The position numbers and the translations under genes are program-made. The notes under the pieces are model-generated. The model was not told where the DNA came from. It was given only the letters and a program-made list of their open reading frames with translations, and did no database searches. Positions 28,772 to 39,260 of a DNA stretch of 64,000 bases are shown piece by piece. The stretch is from an uncultured Candidatus Rokubacteria bacterium (GTDB lineage: Bacteria > Methylomirabilota > Methylomirabilia > Rokubacteriales > CSP1-6). Location of the stretch: positions 672,001-736,000 of the forward strand of contig CAVXJS010000011.1 of the NCBI GenBank assembly GCA_963762145.1. The letters are read 5' to 3'. The first letter of the stretch is position 1; each line of letters begins with the position of its first letter.

Positions 28772-30307
28772 ATGAGAATCCAACTGGACCGAGGGACCGG
28801 CGGAGCGGGCAGGACGTCCCTGTCGCGTCAGATCCAGCTCCACTTCGAGCGGCTGATCAGCCAGGGGCTGCTCGCGGCGGGCATGAAGCTGCCGGCCAGC
28901 CGCGAGCTGGCCCACGAGCTGGGAGTCAACCGCACGACGGTGGCCCTGGCCTACGACGAGCTGGTGGCGGGCGGGTGGGCCCGGGCCCACGTGGGGCAGG
29001 GGACGTTCGTCGCCGATCGCGTCCCCGCCACCGCCAGCATCACGCGGCCGACGACGCCGCGGCTCGACTGGACTCCGTTCCTCTCCAAGGGCGCCCAGGT
29101 GATCGCGGCGGACAGCCGCCGGCGGCGCGGCTACAGCCAGGTGCCGCAGCCCGGGCCGGGTGCCATCTCGTTCGCGGGTGGGATGCCGGACAGCGGGCTC
29201 TTCCCCACCGACGCCTTCCGCCGCGTGCTCAACCGCGTGATCCGCGAGGAAGGGCGCGAGCTGCTGCAGTACTACCCGGGGCGCGGCTATCCGCCGCTGC
29301 GCGAGTTCCTGGCCGGCTACCTGCTGCGCTTCGGGCTCGAGGTCCGCCCGGAAGAGATCCTGATCGTCAACGGCTCGCAGCAGGGCTTCGACCTGGTCGC
29401 GCGGACCCTGCTGGACCCGGGGGATTTCGTCGCGATCGAGGAGCCGTCCTATCCCCGCGCCATGCAGGTCTTCCGCTCGTTCGGGGCCCAGCTCCTGCCG
29501 GTGCCCATGCGCGACGGAGGGCTCGATCCCGAGCATCTCGACCGCCTCCTCGAGCGGCAGTCGCCGAAGCTGCTCTACTGCCAGCCGAGCGCCCATAATC
29601 CCACCGGGCTCACGATGCGGCCAGATGCGCGGAAGCGGCTCCTGGAGGTGGCGGCGCGGCATCGCCTCCCGATCATGGAAGACGGCTTCGACGGCAGCCT
29701 CTTCTTCGGCCCGCAGCCGCCCGCACCGCTCAAGGCGCTCGACGTCTCGGGGCTCGTCATCTACATCGGGACGTTCTCCAAGATCCTGTTCCCCGGGCTG
29801 CGTCTCGGCTGGATCGTGGCCGCCCCGGAGTTGATAGACCGCCTGGAAGTCGCCAAGGATCTGGCGGACATCCACACGAGCCCTCTCATCCAGGCCGCGG
29901 TCTACCATTTCTGCCGTCAGCGCCTGCTCGACCGTCACCAGGCGCGGGTTCTGCGCGAGTACGGGCGTCGCCGCGCCGCCCTGCTCGGCGCGCTCGCCAA
30001 GCGCATGCCGGCGGGCGTGACGTGGACCGAGAACGAGGGCGGTTTCTCGCTGCTGGTGACCCTGCCCGCGGGGCTGGACGCGGCGCCGCTGCTCGAGCGC
30101 GCGGCCGCGCGCGGGGTGATCTTCACGCCCGGAAACGCGTTCTACGTGGACGGTGGCGGCGAGCGGACGCTCCGGCTATCCTTCTCGGCGCTGCCGCTGA
30201 CCCAGATCGACGAGGGCATCAAGCGGCTCGCCGAGATCATTCGTGACGTGCAGCGCCAGCCGGAGCCGGTGGGCCTCGTGGCCGCCCGGGCCGTGCCGCT
30301 GATCTAG
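28772..30307 (+). CDS. MocR/GabR-type PLP-dependent GntR regulator (PdxR-like context)
   Basis: wHTH (LPASRELAHELGVNRTTV..GQGTFV) plus aminotransferase domain (HNPTG, GTFSK..PGLRLGW). Confidence 0.92.
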   Translation: MRIQLDRGTGGAGRTSLSRQIQLHFERLISQGLLAAGMKLPASRELAHELGVNRTTVALAYDELVAGGWARAHVGQGTFVADRVPATASITRPTTPRLDWTPFLSKGAQVIAADSRRRRGYSQVPQPGPGAISFAGGMPDSGLFPTDAFRRVLNRVIREEGRELLQYYPGRGYPPLREFLAGYLLRFGLEVRPEEILIVNGSQQGFDLVARTLLDPGDFVAIEEPSYPRAMQVFRSFGAQLLPVPMRDGGLDPEHLDRLLERQSPKLLYCQPSAHNPTGLTMRPDARKRLLEVAARHRLPIMEDGFDGSLFFGPQPPAPLKALDVSGLVIYIGTFSKILFPGLRLGWIVAAPELIDRLEVAKDLADIHTSPLIQAAVYHFCRQRLLDRHQARVLREYGRRRAALLGALAKRMPAGVTWTENEGGFSLLVTLPAGLDAAPLLERAAARGVIFTPGNAFYVDGGGERTLRLSFSALPLTQIDEGIKRLAEIIRDVQRQPEPVGLVAARAVPLI

Positions 30308-30320
30308 GAGGCAGCCAGCC

Positions 30321-31484
30321 GTGGACTTCCATACCCTCGCGGCCCGCGGCGGGCGCGACGTGCCCTCGGCCAGCCGCCCCCTGACGCCTCCCATCTACCA
30401 GACCAACGTGTACGTCTTCGAGGAGATGGACACGGTCGAGTCGGTGTGGGAGAGCAAGAAGCCGGGCTTCGTCTACGGTCGCTACGGCACCGGCAACCAC
30501 GCGATGCTGGAAGACCTGGTGGCGGCGCTCGAGGGCGCGGAGGCGGCGGTGGCGTGCGCCTCCGGCATGGGTGCCACCACCGCGCTCCTGCTCGGGCTCT
30601 TCGCGCCCGGCGATCACCTCGTCTCGGCGCGCGACCTCTACGGCTCCACCGCCGCGTTCCTGGGCGACGAGGGGCGACGGCTCGGGGTCCAGACCGATTT
30701 CGTGGACGCCACCGACGCCGGGGCGATCGTGGCTGCGCTGCGGCCGAACACCCGCGCGGTGTTCGTCGAAGCGATCTCGAATCCGCTGCTGCGGCTGGTG
30801 GACGTTCCCGCGGTCGCGCCCGAGCTGGCGCGGCGCGGGATCGACCTGATCGTGGACGCGTCCATGGCGTCGCCCGCGGTCTTCCGTCCGCTCGAGCACG
30901 GCGCGACCATGGTCGTGCACAGCCTGACCAAGTTCATCTCCGGCCACGGCGACGTCACCGGAGGGCTCGTGGCCGGCCGCGCCGAGCCGATGGCCCGTAT
31001 CCGCAACGCGATGATCCGCGCCGGCACCAACCTGGGTCCGTTCGACGCCTGGCTGGCGACCCGCGGCGCCCGCACCCTCGCGGTGCGCATGGAGCGGCAG
31101 TGCGCCACCGCCCTGTTGCTCGCCCAGGGTCTCGAGGGGCTGCCCGCGGTGTCGCGCGTCTACTATCCGGGCCTGGCGTCGCACCCGCAGCACGCGCTCG
31201 CGGCGCGCCTGATGCCCGGGCTCTCCGGCGCCATGGTCTCCTTCGATCTGCGCGGCGGGGCGCCCGCGGTGGAGCGCTTCATGGCGCGGGCGCGGCTGCT
31301 CGAGTTCGCGCCGAGCTTCGGGGACGTGGCCACCACGTGGACCTACCCGGCCCGCACGTCGCACCGGCGCGTCGCCGAGGAGGAGAAGGCCGCGATGGAC
31401 ATCGGGGCCGGGCTGGTCCGGGTGTCGGTCGGGCTCGAGGACGCGGCCGAGCTGATGGCCGATCTCGAGGGAGCCATCGCATGA
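30321..31484 (+). CDS. Cys/Met metabolism PLP-dependent enzyme (cystathionine gamma-synthase/lyase family)
   Basis: [37 protein letters not shown]. Confidence 0.9.
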   Translation: MDFHTLAARGGRDVPSASRPLTPPIYQTNVYVFEEMDTVESVWESKKPGFVYGRYGTGNHAMLEDLVAALEGAEAAVACASGMGATTALLLGLFAPGDHLVSARDLYGSTAAFLGDEGRRLGVQTDFVDATDAGAIVAALRPNTRAVFVEAISNPLLRLVDVPAVAPELARRGIDLIVDASMASPAVFRPLEHGATMVVHSLTKFISGHGDVTGGLVAGRAEPMARIRNAMIRAGTNLGPFDAWLATRGARTLAVRMERQCATALLLAQGLEGLPAVSRVYYPGLASHPQHALAARLMPGLSGAMVSFDLRGGAPAVERFMARARLLEFAPSFGDVATTWTYPARTSHRRVAEEEKAAMDIGAGLVRVSVGLEDAAELMADLEGAIA

Positions 31485-32137
31485 GCGCGGTCGGGGTGGA
31501 GCGAGCCTCGTCGGTCGTGTCGCCGGTCACCCTGGTAGGCCGCTGGGTCCGGCTCGAGCCGCTCAGCCGGTCGCACGCGGCGGGTGTGCTCGCCGCCGCC
31601 TTGGGCTCGCGGGACACCTATGGCTTCACGCTGGTGCCCGGGACCGAGGCCGAGACCGCCGCCTACATCGACGGCGCCCTCGCCGAGCAGGAGGCGGGCC
31701 GCGCGCTGCCGTTCGCGACGGTGGACCGGGCGCGAGGCGTGGTGGTCGGCTGCACGCGGCTCTTCAACATCGAGTTCTGGCCGTGGCCCCCCGGCAACGC
31801 CAACCAGCGCGGGACGGACCGACCCGACGTGGCGGAGATCGGCTGGACCTGGCTGGCCGCCGCCGCGCAGCGGACTCCGATCAACACCGAGGCGAAGCTG
31901 TTGATGCTGGCCCACGCGTTCGATCACTGGCGCGTCCATCGCGTGAGCCTGATGACCGACGCGCGCAATCAGCGCTCGCGGAACGCGATCCTGCGCCTGG
32001 GGGCGCGGTTCGATGGCGTGCTCCGGGCGGCCCGGCCCGCGAGCGACGGCGCCATTCGCGACACCGCGGCATTCTCGATCCTGGAGGCGGAGTGGCCCGC
32101 GGTCAGGGCCAATCTCGAAGCGCGACTCGAGCAGTGA
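31481..32137 (+). CDS. GNAT acetyltransferase (RimJ/L-like)
   Basis: [41 protein letters not shown]. Confidence 0.9.
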   Translation: MSAVGVERASSVVSPVTLVGRWVRLEPLSRSHAAGVLAAALGSRDTYGFTLVPGTEAETAAYIDGALAEQEAGRALPFATVDRARGVVVGCTRLFNIEFWPWPPGNANQRGTDRPDVAEIGWTWLAAAAQRTPINTEAKLLMLAHAFDHWRVHRVSLMTDARNQRSRNAILRLGARFDGVLRAARPASDGAIRDTAAFSILEAEWPAVRANLEARLEQ

Positions 32138-32166
32138 CCCCGAGCACATCACAAGGAGACGAGGAC

Positions 32167-33057
32167 ATGGAGAACATGGAGAGCGGAACCCCGAGACTGA
32201 AGGTGGGCCTGGCCGAGATGCTGAAGGGGGGCGTCATCATGGACGTCACCAACGCCGAGCAGGCCAAGATCGCCGAGGACGCGGGAGCGGTGGCGGTGAT
32301 GGCGCTCGAGCGCGTGCCGTCGGACATCCGGAAGGAGGGCGGGGTGGCCCGCATGTCGCCGGTCACCAAGATCAAGGAGATCCAGAAGGCGGTCACGATC
32401 CCGGTGATGGCCAAGTGCCGGATCGGCCACTTCGTGGAGGCCCAGATCCTGGAGTCGCTCGGGGTGGACTTCATCGACGAGTCCGAGGTGCTGACCCCCG
32501 CCGACGAGCACTTCCACGTGGACAAGTTCGCCTTCAAGGTGCCCTTCGTCTGCGGGTCGCGCGATCTGGGCGAGTGCCTGCGCCGCATCGGCGAGGGCGC
32601 CGCGATGATGCGGACCAAGGGCGAGGCCGGCTCCGGTAACATCGTGGAGGCGGTGCGCCACATGCGCGCGGTGACGTCGGGTATCCGCCGGCTCACCCTG
32701 CTGGGCCCCGAGGAGCTGATGACCGAGGCCAAGAACCTGGGCGCGCCGTACGACATCTTGCGCTGGGTGGCCAAGAGCGGACACCTGCCGGTGCCGAACT
32801 TCTCGGCGGGCGGCATCGCCACCCCGGCCGACGCGGCGCTCATGATGCAGCTCGGCGCCGAGGCGGTGTTCGTGGGCTCCGGCATCTTCAAGTCGTCGGA
32901 CCCGGCGGTGCGGGCCAAGGCCATCGTGCAGGCCACCACGCACTTCAAGGATCCCGACGTCCTGGCCAAGGTCTCCGAGGGCCTCGGCGACGCGATGCCC
33001 GGCATCGAGACGTCGAAGCTGAAGGACTCCGAGCTGCTCCAGACCCGGGGCTGGTAG
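32167..33057 (+). CDS. pdxS: Pyridoxal 5'-phosphate synthase lyase subunit
   Basis: [52 protein letters not shown]. Confidence 0.97.
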   Translation: MENMESGTPRLKVGLAEMLKGGVIMDVTNAEQAKIAEDAGAVAVMALERVPSDIRKEGGVARMSPVTKIKEIQKAVTIPVMAKCRIGHFVEAQILESLGVDFIDESEVLTPADEHFHVDKFAFKVPFVCGSRDLGECLRRIGEGAAMMRTKGEAGSGNIVEAVRHMRAVTSGIRRLTLLGPEELMTEAKNLGAPYDILRWVAKSGHLPVPNFSAGGIATPADAALMMQLGAEAVFVGSGIFKSSDPAVRAKAIVQATTHFKDPDVLAKVSEGLGDAMPGIETSKLKDSELLQTRGW

Positions 33058-33078
33058 CGACCAACGCTAGTCAGCAGC

Positions 33079-33693
33079 ATGGATCCCGTACACGCGCTGC
33101 CACCAGACCTACCCGTCCCGGTAGACGACGGCGCCTGCGACCACCTCCCGGGGTCGCGGGTGCCGTCCATCCGTTTGCCGTCGACGGGGGGCGGGGCGGT
33201 GGACCTGGCCGAGGTCGGGTTACGGCCGGCGGTGCTCTTCTTCTACCCGCGCACCGGCGAGCCCGGAAGGTCGGCCGGTGCGGAGTGGGACGCGATTCCG
33301 GGCGCCCGCGGCTGCACGCCCCAGAGCTGCGGGTTCCGCGATCTCCACCGCGAGTTCACGAAGCTCGGGGTCGCCGTCTTCGGCATCAGCACGCAGGAGA
33401 CGGGCTACCAGCACGAGTTCGTCGTGCGCAATCACGTGCCGTTCGACCTGCTGAGCGATCGTGACCTGCTGCTGACCCGCGCGCTCCGGCTGCCGACCTT
33501 CGAGTACCCGGTGGAGCGGGGCGGGCCGACCACGCTGATCAAGCGGATGGCCTGGTTCGTGGAGCGTGGATCGATCGAGAGGATCTGGTACCCGGTCTTC
33601 CCGCCGGACCGGAATGCGGAGACGGTGCTGGCGTGGCTCCACGAGCGCGGCCGCGTGCTCGAGCCCGGGCGAGGAGAGGTCAAGCTCGCATGA
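33079..33693 (+). CDS. Peroxiredoxin (BCP-like)
   Basis: FFYPRTG..IPGARGCTPQSCGFRD, WYPVFPP. Confidence 0.9.
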   Translation: MDPVHALPPDLPVPVDDGACDHLPGSRVPSIRLPSTGGGAVDLAEVGLRPAVLFFYPRTGEPGRSAGAEWDAIPGARGCTPQSCGFRDLHREFTKLGVAVFGISTQETGYQHEFVVRNHVPFDLLSDRDLLLTRALRLPTFEYPVERGGPTTLIKRMAWFVERGSIERIWYPVFPPDRNAETVLAWLHERGRVLEPGRGEVKLA

Positions 33694-34268
33694 AGATCGG
33701 CGTCCTCGCCCTGCAGGGGGATTTCAGCCTCCACCGGAAGTCGCTCGACCGGATCGGAGTGGAGTCCGTCGAGGTGCGCATGCCCCGCCACCTGGAGGAC
33801 GTGGGTGGCCTGATCATGCCGGGCGGCGAGAGCACCACGCTGCTCAAGCTCATGGACGCCTGGGACTTCGTGCCCGCGCTCGAGAAGTTCCACGCCGCCG
33901 GGCGCCCCATCTTCGGGACCTGCGCCGGCATGATCCTGCTCGCCCGGGAAGTGCAGAGCCCCGCCCAGTTCTCCCTGGGCTTCATCGACCTCACCGTCGA
34001 GCGCAACGCCTACGGCCGCCAGAAGGAATCCTTCGAGTCGGTGGGCTCGAGCGATCTGGGGGCCGGGTCGCGCCCCCTCAAGATGGTCTTCATCCGGGCG
34101 CCCCGGATCCGGCGCCTCGGCCCCGCGGTCACACCGCTGGCCGAGCATCGGGAGGAATGCGTGATGGCCCGGCAGGGGAGCGTGGTCGTGGCCGCCTTCC
34201 ACCCCGAGCTGACCGACGAGCCCACCGTCCACGAGTACTTCGCCGGGATGGTGCGCGCCGCCGGCTAG
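33690..34268 (+). CDS. pdxT: Pyridoxal 5'-phosphate synthase glutaminase subunit
   Basis: GVLALQG, PGGEST, GTCAG, RNAYGRQ, FIRAP, FHPEL. Confidence 0.96.
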   Translation: MKIGVLALQGDFSLHRKSLDRIGVESVEVRMPRHLEDVGGLIMPGGESTTLLKLMDAWDFVPALEKFHAAGRPIFGTCAGMILLAREVQSPAQFSLGFIDLTVERNAYGRQKESFESVGSSDLGAGSRPLKMVFIRAPRIRRLGPAVTPLAEHREECVMARQGSVVVAAFHPELTDEPTVHEYFAGMVRAAG

Positions 34269-34915
34269 GCTTTCCCCGCCTCCAGTAGCTCCACCGGGTC
34301 GCCAACCGCGATCCGGCCCCCGCGGTCCACCCCGCAGTCCAGCGCCATCTGCCCCCCGAACTCGGAAGCGATTCGCCGGAGCACCGACAGGTCCTGCTCC
34401 AGAGTGTCGGGATCGTAGGTGGTCATCACGCACCGCGACCGGAGCTTGGCAACGGATGCGACCGCTTCCCCGATCCGGAGCCGGTGTCCCGGCCAGCCCC
34501 GCTCGGTCAGCCCATCCACCCCGCCGATGACGATGTTTGGCCGGAGCCGGCGGTGGTCCACGCCGAGCTGCTCGAAGGCGCCGTCGGTCCCGATCAGGAG
34601 CGGCAGGACGTCGAACCGTTCCGGGCCGTCGTACCGGACCAGACGGGCCTTCGGACCGGCCGCGGCCCGGACCGCCTCCGCGATGTCGGGATCATCCCAG
34701 GGCTTCTGATCGACCAGCACGAGGCCGTCCGGGGCCAGGCTCGACCTGAGCCCGAGCAGGCGGGGATGGCTCCGCGAGGTGATGATGCGATCGCCGGGTC
34801 CGACGACCAGCACCATCCGGTCTCCGACGATCCCGGCGTCGGTGACCTCCGCGCGCTCGATCCGCTCGCCGGCCATCGACTTCACCGGGTATCGCCACAG
34901 CTCCTGGATCCACAT
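34265..34915 (-). CDS. MOSC domain-containing protein
   Basis: LWRYPVKSMAGE, RRLRPNIVI, RCVMTT.DP, GRIAVGD. Confidence 0.9.
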   Translation of the reverse strand: MWIQELWRYPVKSMAGERIERAEVTDAGIVGDRMVLVVGPGDRIITSRSHPRLLGLRSSLAPDGLVLVDQKPWDDPDIAEAVRAAAGPKARLVRYDGPERFDVLPLLIGTDGAFEQLGVDHRRLRPNIVIGGVDGLTERGWPGHRLRIGEAVASVAKLRSRCVMTTYDPDTLEQDLSVLRRIASEFGGQMALDCGVDRGGRIAVGDPVELLEAGKA

Positions 34916-34936
34916 AGGCGCTCCCTCCTCTCGTGC

Positions 34937-34964
34937 TAACCTCTTTGAGTAGAAAAAGAGGTTA
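34937..34964. promoter_or_regulatory. Inverted repeat between divergent MOSC and CGNR genes; candidate operator
   Basis: TAACCTCTTT-8nt-AAAGAGGTTA perfect 10-bp inverted repeat. Confidence 0.6.
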
Positions 34965-35015
34965 ATCGATTCAGATCGGATAGTGATATAGATCGTATTG
35001 ATCTGACAGTAACTT

Positions 35016-35633
35016 ATGAGGATAGTCCGAAGGGAAGTTCTGAGGATTGGCGGCGACCTCGCGGTCGAGTTCGCCAACACGGTCTTCTCCCCGACGGATC
35101 CCGGCGGGTCGCTCCATTCGTGGAGTGACCTCATCGACTTCCTCGAGCTGCGGGGAGGCCTGGCGCCCGGCGACGGCGCCATGCTCCGGGCGATGGGGGC
35201 GACGGACGCCCGTCGCTGCGCCGGGGCTTTCGCGCAGGCCCTGGCGCTCCGCGAGACGATCCGCGCCATGCTCGGGGCCATGGCCAGTAGACGACTCCTG
35301 CGTGCCGGGTGGATCGCCGAGGTCAACGAGGCGCTTGCGGCCGGGGTCGGCGCGCCCCGATTGATCCGCCAGGACGGCGGCTGGCGCCTCGGCCTCTCGC
35401 CGGGTCTGGCCGCGCCCCCCCAGGCCCAGGCCCCGATCGCGCGCGCCGTGGCCGACCTGGTCGTGTCGGGCCGCGGGGTCGAGATCGGCAAGTGCGCCAA
35501 CCCACGGTGCGTGCTCTACTTCCGGGACCGGTCCCGGACCCGCCGCCGCCGCTGGTGCTCGATGGCCGTCTGCGGCAATCGGATGAAGGTGGCCGCCCAC
35601 GTGCGCCGCCACGGCCGCCGCCGCTCCGCCTAG
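35016..35633 (+). CDS. CGNR zinc-finger/ABATE domain protein
   Basis: LAVEFANT; CANPRC..F.D.SR...RRWCSMAVCGNRMKV. Confidence 0.92.
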   Translation: MRIVRREVLRIGGDLAVEFANTVFSPTDPGGSLHSWSDLIDFLELRGGLAPGDGAMLRAMGATDARRCAGAFAQALALRETIRAMLGAMASRRLLRAGWIAEVNEALAAGVGAPRLIRQDGGWRLGLSPGLAAPPQAQAPIARAVADLVVSGRGVEIGKCANPRCVLYFRDRSRTRRRRWCSMAVCGNRMKVAAHVRRHGRRRSA

Positions 35634-35645
35634 CCTGCTTTGCCC

Positions 35646-35695
35646 TTGACAGGTCACCGGGCCGGAGGCAGGCTATGGTCCGACCAGCCGACCAG
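35646..35695 (+). promoter_or_regulatory. Promoter region with FadR-type operator upstream of the oxidoreductase operon
   Basis: TTGACA at 35646; TGGTCCGACCA at 35676-35686 followed by an extra GACCA half-site. Confidence 0.6.
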
Positions 35696-35728
35696 CGGCT
35701 CACCGGACGCGTTTCGAGGAGGTAGGGC

Positions 35729-36934
35729 ATGGCTCACTTCACCTGCGAGGTCGTCTACCGCGGCATCTTCCAGAAGAACCTGGCCGCGCGCATCTGCCGC
35801 GGCATCGTCCTCTCCGCACGGAAAGCCGGGCGGTGGGGGATCGCCTTTGGACGATACGGGGACAGTCCGCAGCGTAACGGCATCCCGGCCAAGGACTTCG
35901 CGATCGTCGCGGACACGCAGGAAGAGCTCGAGCAGAACATGGCGCGCTACGAGCCCAAGGAGGTGGACGTCACGATCTGCGTGGACGACACGCTCTCGAA
36001 GGGCGTGGAGTCCTGGGCCTGGTACGGGCTCCAGCCGATCAACCGGCTCACCATCTCGGGCGGCACGCTCCTGATGACCTCGCTCCAGAGCCCGGCCGCG
36101 CTGCTCAAGGACATCCACAAGAAGGACGCCCCCTACAATCTGGCCCTCATGCGGGCGAAGGCGTCCTTCTCCGGCCTCTGGGTCTACAAGGAGGATCACA
36201 CCGAGGCCCGCATCCTGGGCGCCCTCGCCAAGATCCAGCCCGAGTTCCTGTCGCTTGACGCGGTCTGCGAGGCCATCAAGGAAGCCGAGTGGGGCTCCGA
36301 CCTCAAGGTGGCTTCGGCCCGCAAGGCCCACGAGCGGCTCGAGACCCAGCCGATCAAGATCACCGAGGGCAACTCGGAGATCCCGTACTCCTTCGAGATG
36401 CCCAAGTGGTGGGAGATGCGGGAGGGCGTGACCATCCCGGCCATCCCCATCGGCAAGCCGATGGAGGGAGGCAAGGGGTACGTGCCGGAGCGCAACCCGT
36501 ACTTCAAGAAGTTCACCACCCGCACCATGCGGCCGGTGATCGACTTCGACAAATGCGTGAAGTGCACCCTCTGCTGGATCCAGTGCCCCGACTCCTGCTT
36601 CGACGTGACCCCGGACGGCCTCTACGACGCCAACATGGAGTCCTGCTGCGGCTGCGGTGTCTGCGAGGCGGTGTGCCCGGCCAAGGACTGCGTCACCATG
36701 GTGCGCGAGGACGCCTTCGAGGACAATGCGAGCCAGTGGGAGATGTGGCGGACCGACAAGGCCACCTACAAGACCTGGATGACCGACAAGATCCACAGCA
36801 AGGAGCACATCACCCGGTCCCACGGCTTCCGCTTCCGCGGCCAGTACGAGGAAGAGATCAAGAAGGAGCTGGAGTCGGGCGGCATCGAGATCACCGCGGG
36901 CATTCCCGGCGAGAACGCCGACTCGAAGAAGTAG
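35729..36934 (+). CDS. 2-oxoacid:ferredoxin oxidoreductase gamma/delta fusion subunit (oxalate oxidoreductase delta-like)
   Basis: Divergent gamma domain lacking GRGGQG, plus 2x[4Fe-4S] (CVKCTLCWIQCP; CCGCGVCEAVCP). Confidence 0.85.
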   Translation: MAHFTCEVVYRGIFQKNLAARICRGIVLSARKAGRWGIAFGRYGDSPQRNGIPAKDFAIVADTQEELEQNMARYEPKEVDVTICVDDTLSKGVESWAWYGLQPINRLTISGGTLLMTSLQSPAALLKDIHKKDAPYNLALMRAKASFSGLWVYKEDHTEARILGALAKIQPEFLSLDAVCEAIKEAEWGSDLKVASARKAHERLETQPIKITEGNSEIPYSFEMPKWWEMREGVTIPAIPIGKPMEGGKGYVPERNPYFKKFTTRTMRPVIDFDKCVKCTLCWIQCPDSCFDVTPDGLYDANMESCCGCGVCEAVCPAKDCVTMVREDAFEDNASQWEMWRTDKATYKTWMTDKIHSKEHITRSHGFRFRGQYEEEIKKELESGGIEITAGIPGENADSKK

Positions 36935-36949
36935 GGGAGGACTGAGACC

Positions 36950-38178
36950 ATGGCAGTCGAGACCAAGCCCGCAGGAGCGGTCGCCGATCACAAGGAGATG
37001 CTCATCTCCGGCAGCGAGGCGTGCGCCGAGGCGCTGACCCTCGCCGACATCGACGTGGTGACCGCGTACCCGATCCGGCCCTACGACACGGTCATGCAGG
37101 CCATCGCCAAGAAGATCGCCAACGGCCAGCTCGAGGCCGAGTACATCGTCGCCGAGGGCGAGCACAGCCAGTTCGAGATCGTCAAGCACGCCTCCACGGT
37201 CGGCGCGCGCGTGTTCTGCGGCTCGTCCGGCGTCGGCTGGATGTACGCGATGGAGTGCCTGACCGTCACCCCGCCGCTGCGCGTGCCGATGGTGTGCATG
37301 GTGGGCAACCGGGCCCTCGACGACCCGGGCGCCTTCGGCGTCGAGCACAACGACGCGCTGGTCGTCCGTGACCTCGGCTGGATGCTGATCTGGGTCGACA
37401 CGGCCCAGGAGATGCTCGACACGACCCTGCTCGCCTACCGCATCGCCGAGGACCGGCGGGTGTTCCTGCCCATCGCGATCTCGGCGGACGGCGCGTTCCT
37501 GACCCACTCGCAGGCGATCTGCCAGGTGCCGACCCGGGGGCTGGTGGACAAGTTCCTCCCGCGCTACGACCGCGGCGACCTGCAGCTGCACCCGGACAAC
37601 CCGATCACGGTGGCGCCCCAGGCCAACGAGGACTGGGTCATCGAGATCCGGCGGCAGAACGACGAGGCCATGAAGCGGGCCACCAGCGTGATCGAAGAGG
37701 CCTACGCTGATTTCGGAAAGTCATGGGCCGCGGTCCCGAGAACCCGTGGTTCGAGGAGTACATGACCGAGGACGCGGAGATCATCCTGGTCGGCATGGGC
37801 ACGATCTCGCTGCCGATGAAGGTCGGCATCCGCAACATGCGGGCCCAGGGCAAGAAGGTCGGCCTGGTGCGGCCGCGGTGGTTCCGCCCGTTCCCGACCG
37901 ACCGGATGGTGAAGGCGCTCTCGAAGGCCTCGGCGATCGGGGTCATCGACCGCGACTACTCCTTCGGCTCGCCATTCAACTCGGGGGTGGTCGCCAATGA
38001 GATCCGGGCCGCGATGTACAATGCGGACAAGCGCCCGCCGCTCCTGAGCTTCATCTGCGGCCTGGGCGGCCGCGAGGTCACCCTGGAGGATGTCGCGAAG
38101 GCGGCGGACATGTGCTACGCGGCCGCGAAGGCCGGCAAGTCGGATCCCAAGACCCACTGGCTGGGCGTGCGCGAGTAG
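36950..38178 (+). CDS. 2-oxoacid:ferredoxin oxidoreductase alpha subunit, oxalate oxidoreductase-like (single frameshift near 37715)
   Basis: AYPIRPY, EGEH, GSSGVG, then DAEIILVGMG, WFRPFP, GLGGRE in another frame. Confidence 0.88.
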
Positions 38179-38199
38179 CGCGAGCGAGAGGAGAGCCAC

Positions 38200-39210
38200 A
38201 TGGCCGATACCGCATTCACGAACGCGACGCAGATCCTGGAGCCCTTCAAGGGCGTCAAGAAGGTCACGATCGAGGAGTACTTCACCTCCGGCCACCGCAC
38301 CTGCCAGGGCTGCGAGTCGGCCCTGGTGATGAAGCTCATGGTCAAGGCGGCGGGCCCGCGCACGATCGTGCTCGGCTCGACCGGCTGCATGTACGTGGCC
38401 AACACCACGTACTACACGACCCCGTGGGTGGTGCCGTGGATGCACACCCAGCTCGGCTCCTCGGGCTCCGCCGCCCTCGGCACCGCGGCCGGGCTCAAGG
38501 CGCTGATGAAGAAGGGCAAGATGAAGTCGGAGCCGATCAACGTCATCGCGTTCTGCGGCGACGGCGGCGGCGCCGACATGGGCCTGGGCGCCATCTCCGC
38601 GACGCTGACCCACAGGGAGTACAACTCGCTGATCCTGATGTACGACAACGAGTCGTACGCCAACACCGACATCCAGCTCTCGGGCTCCACGCCGTACGGC
38701 GCGAACACCACGTTCAGCCCGCCGGGCTCGGTCAAGCGCATCATCCACACCCGCTGGAAGAAGAACACCGCGGGCATGCTGGCGGCCGGGCACCCCGAGT
38801 GCCGGTACGTGGCGACCGTCGATGCCTCCTACGCGGTCGAGATGATGAACAAGGTCCGCAAGGCGCTCACCATCGGCGGGCCGACCTTCATCCACTCGCT
38901 CGACCCGTGCCCGAAGGGCTGGGACTACGACCCGATGCTCTCCCACGAGCTGGGCGAGCTGGCTGTCGAGACCGGTATCTTCCCGCTCTACGAGGTGGAG
39001 GACGGCGTGGTGCGGCACTACGGCAAGACGAAGGCGATCGTCGAAGGCCGTCCGCGCAAGCCGGTTCGCGAGTACCTGCTCAAGCAGGGCCGCTTCGCCC
39101 ACTTCACCGAGGAAGACCTCGACTACTTCCAGTCCAAGGTGGACGAGATGTGGGACAAGTGGGAGATCCCGGGCGTGATCCCGTTCTGGAAGGAGCGCCC
39201 CGGCAACTAG
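38200..39210 (+). CDS. 2-oxoacid:ferredoxin oxidoreductase beta subunit (TPP-binding)
   Basis: GHRTCQGC, TGCMYVANT, GDGG..DNESYANT, PCPKGW. Confidence 0.92.
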   Translation: MADTAFTNATQILEPFKGVKKVTIEEYFTSGHRTCQGCESALVMKLMVKAAGPRTIVLGSTGCMYVANTTYYTTPWVVPWMHTQLGSSGSAALGTAAGLKALMKKGKMKSEPINVIAFCGDGGGADMGLGAISATLTHREYNSLILMYDNESYANTDIQLSGSTPYGANTTFSPPGSVKRIIHTRWKKNTAGMLAAGHPECRYVATVDASYAVEMMNKVRKALTIGGPTFIHSLDPCPKGWDYDPMLSHELGELAVETGIFPLYEVEDGVVRHYGKTKAIVEGRPRKPVREYLLKQGRFAHFTEEDLDYFQSKVDEMWDKWEIPGVIPFWKERPGN

Positions 39211-39260
39211 CGGTCCGCAGCACCAGCAGCGACGCCCAACCCCGACCACAAGGAGGGGAC

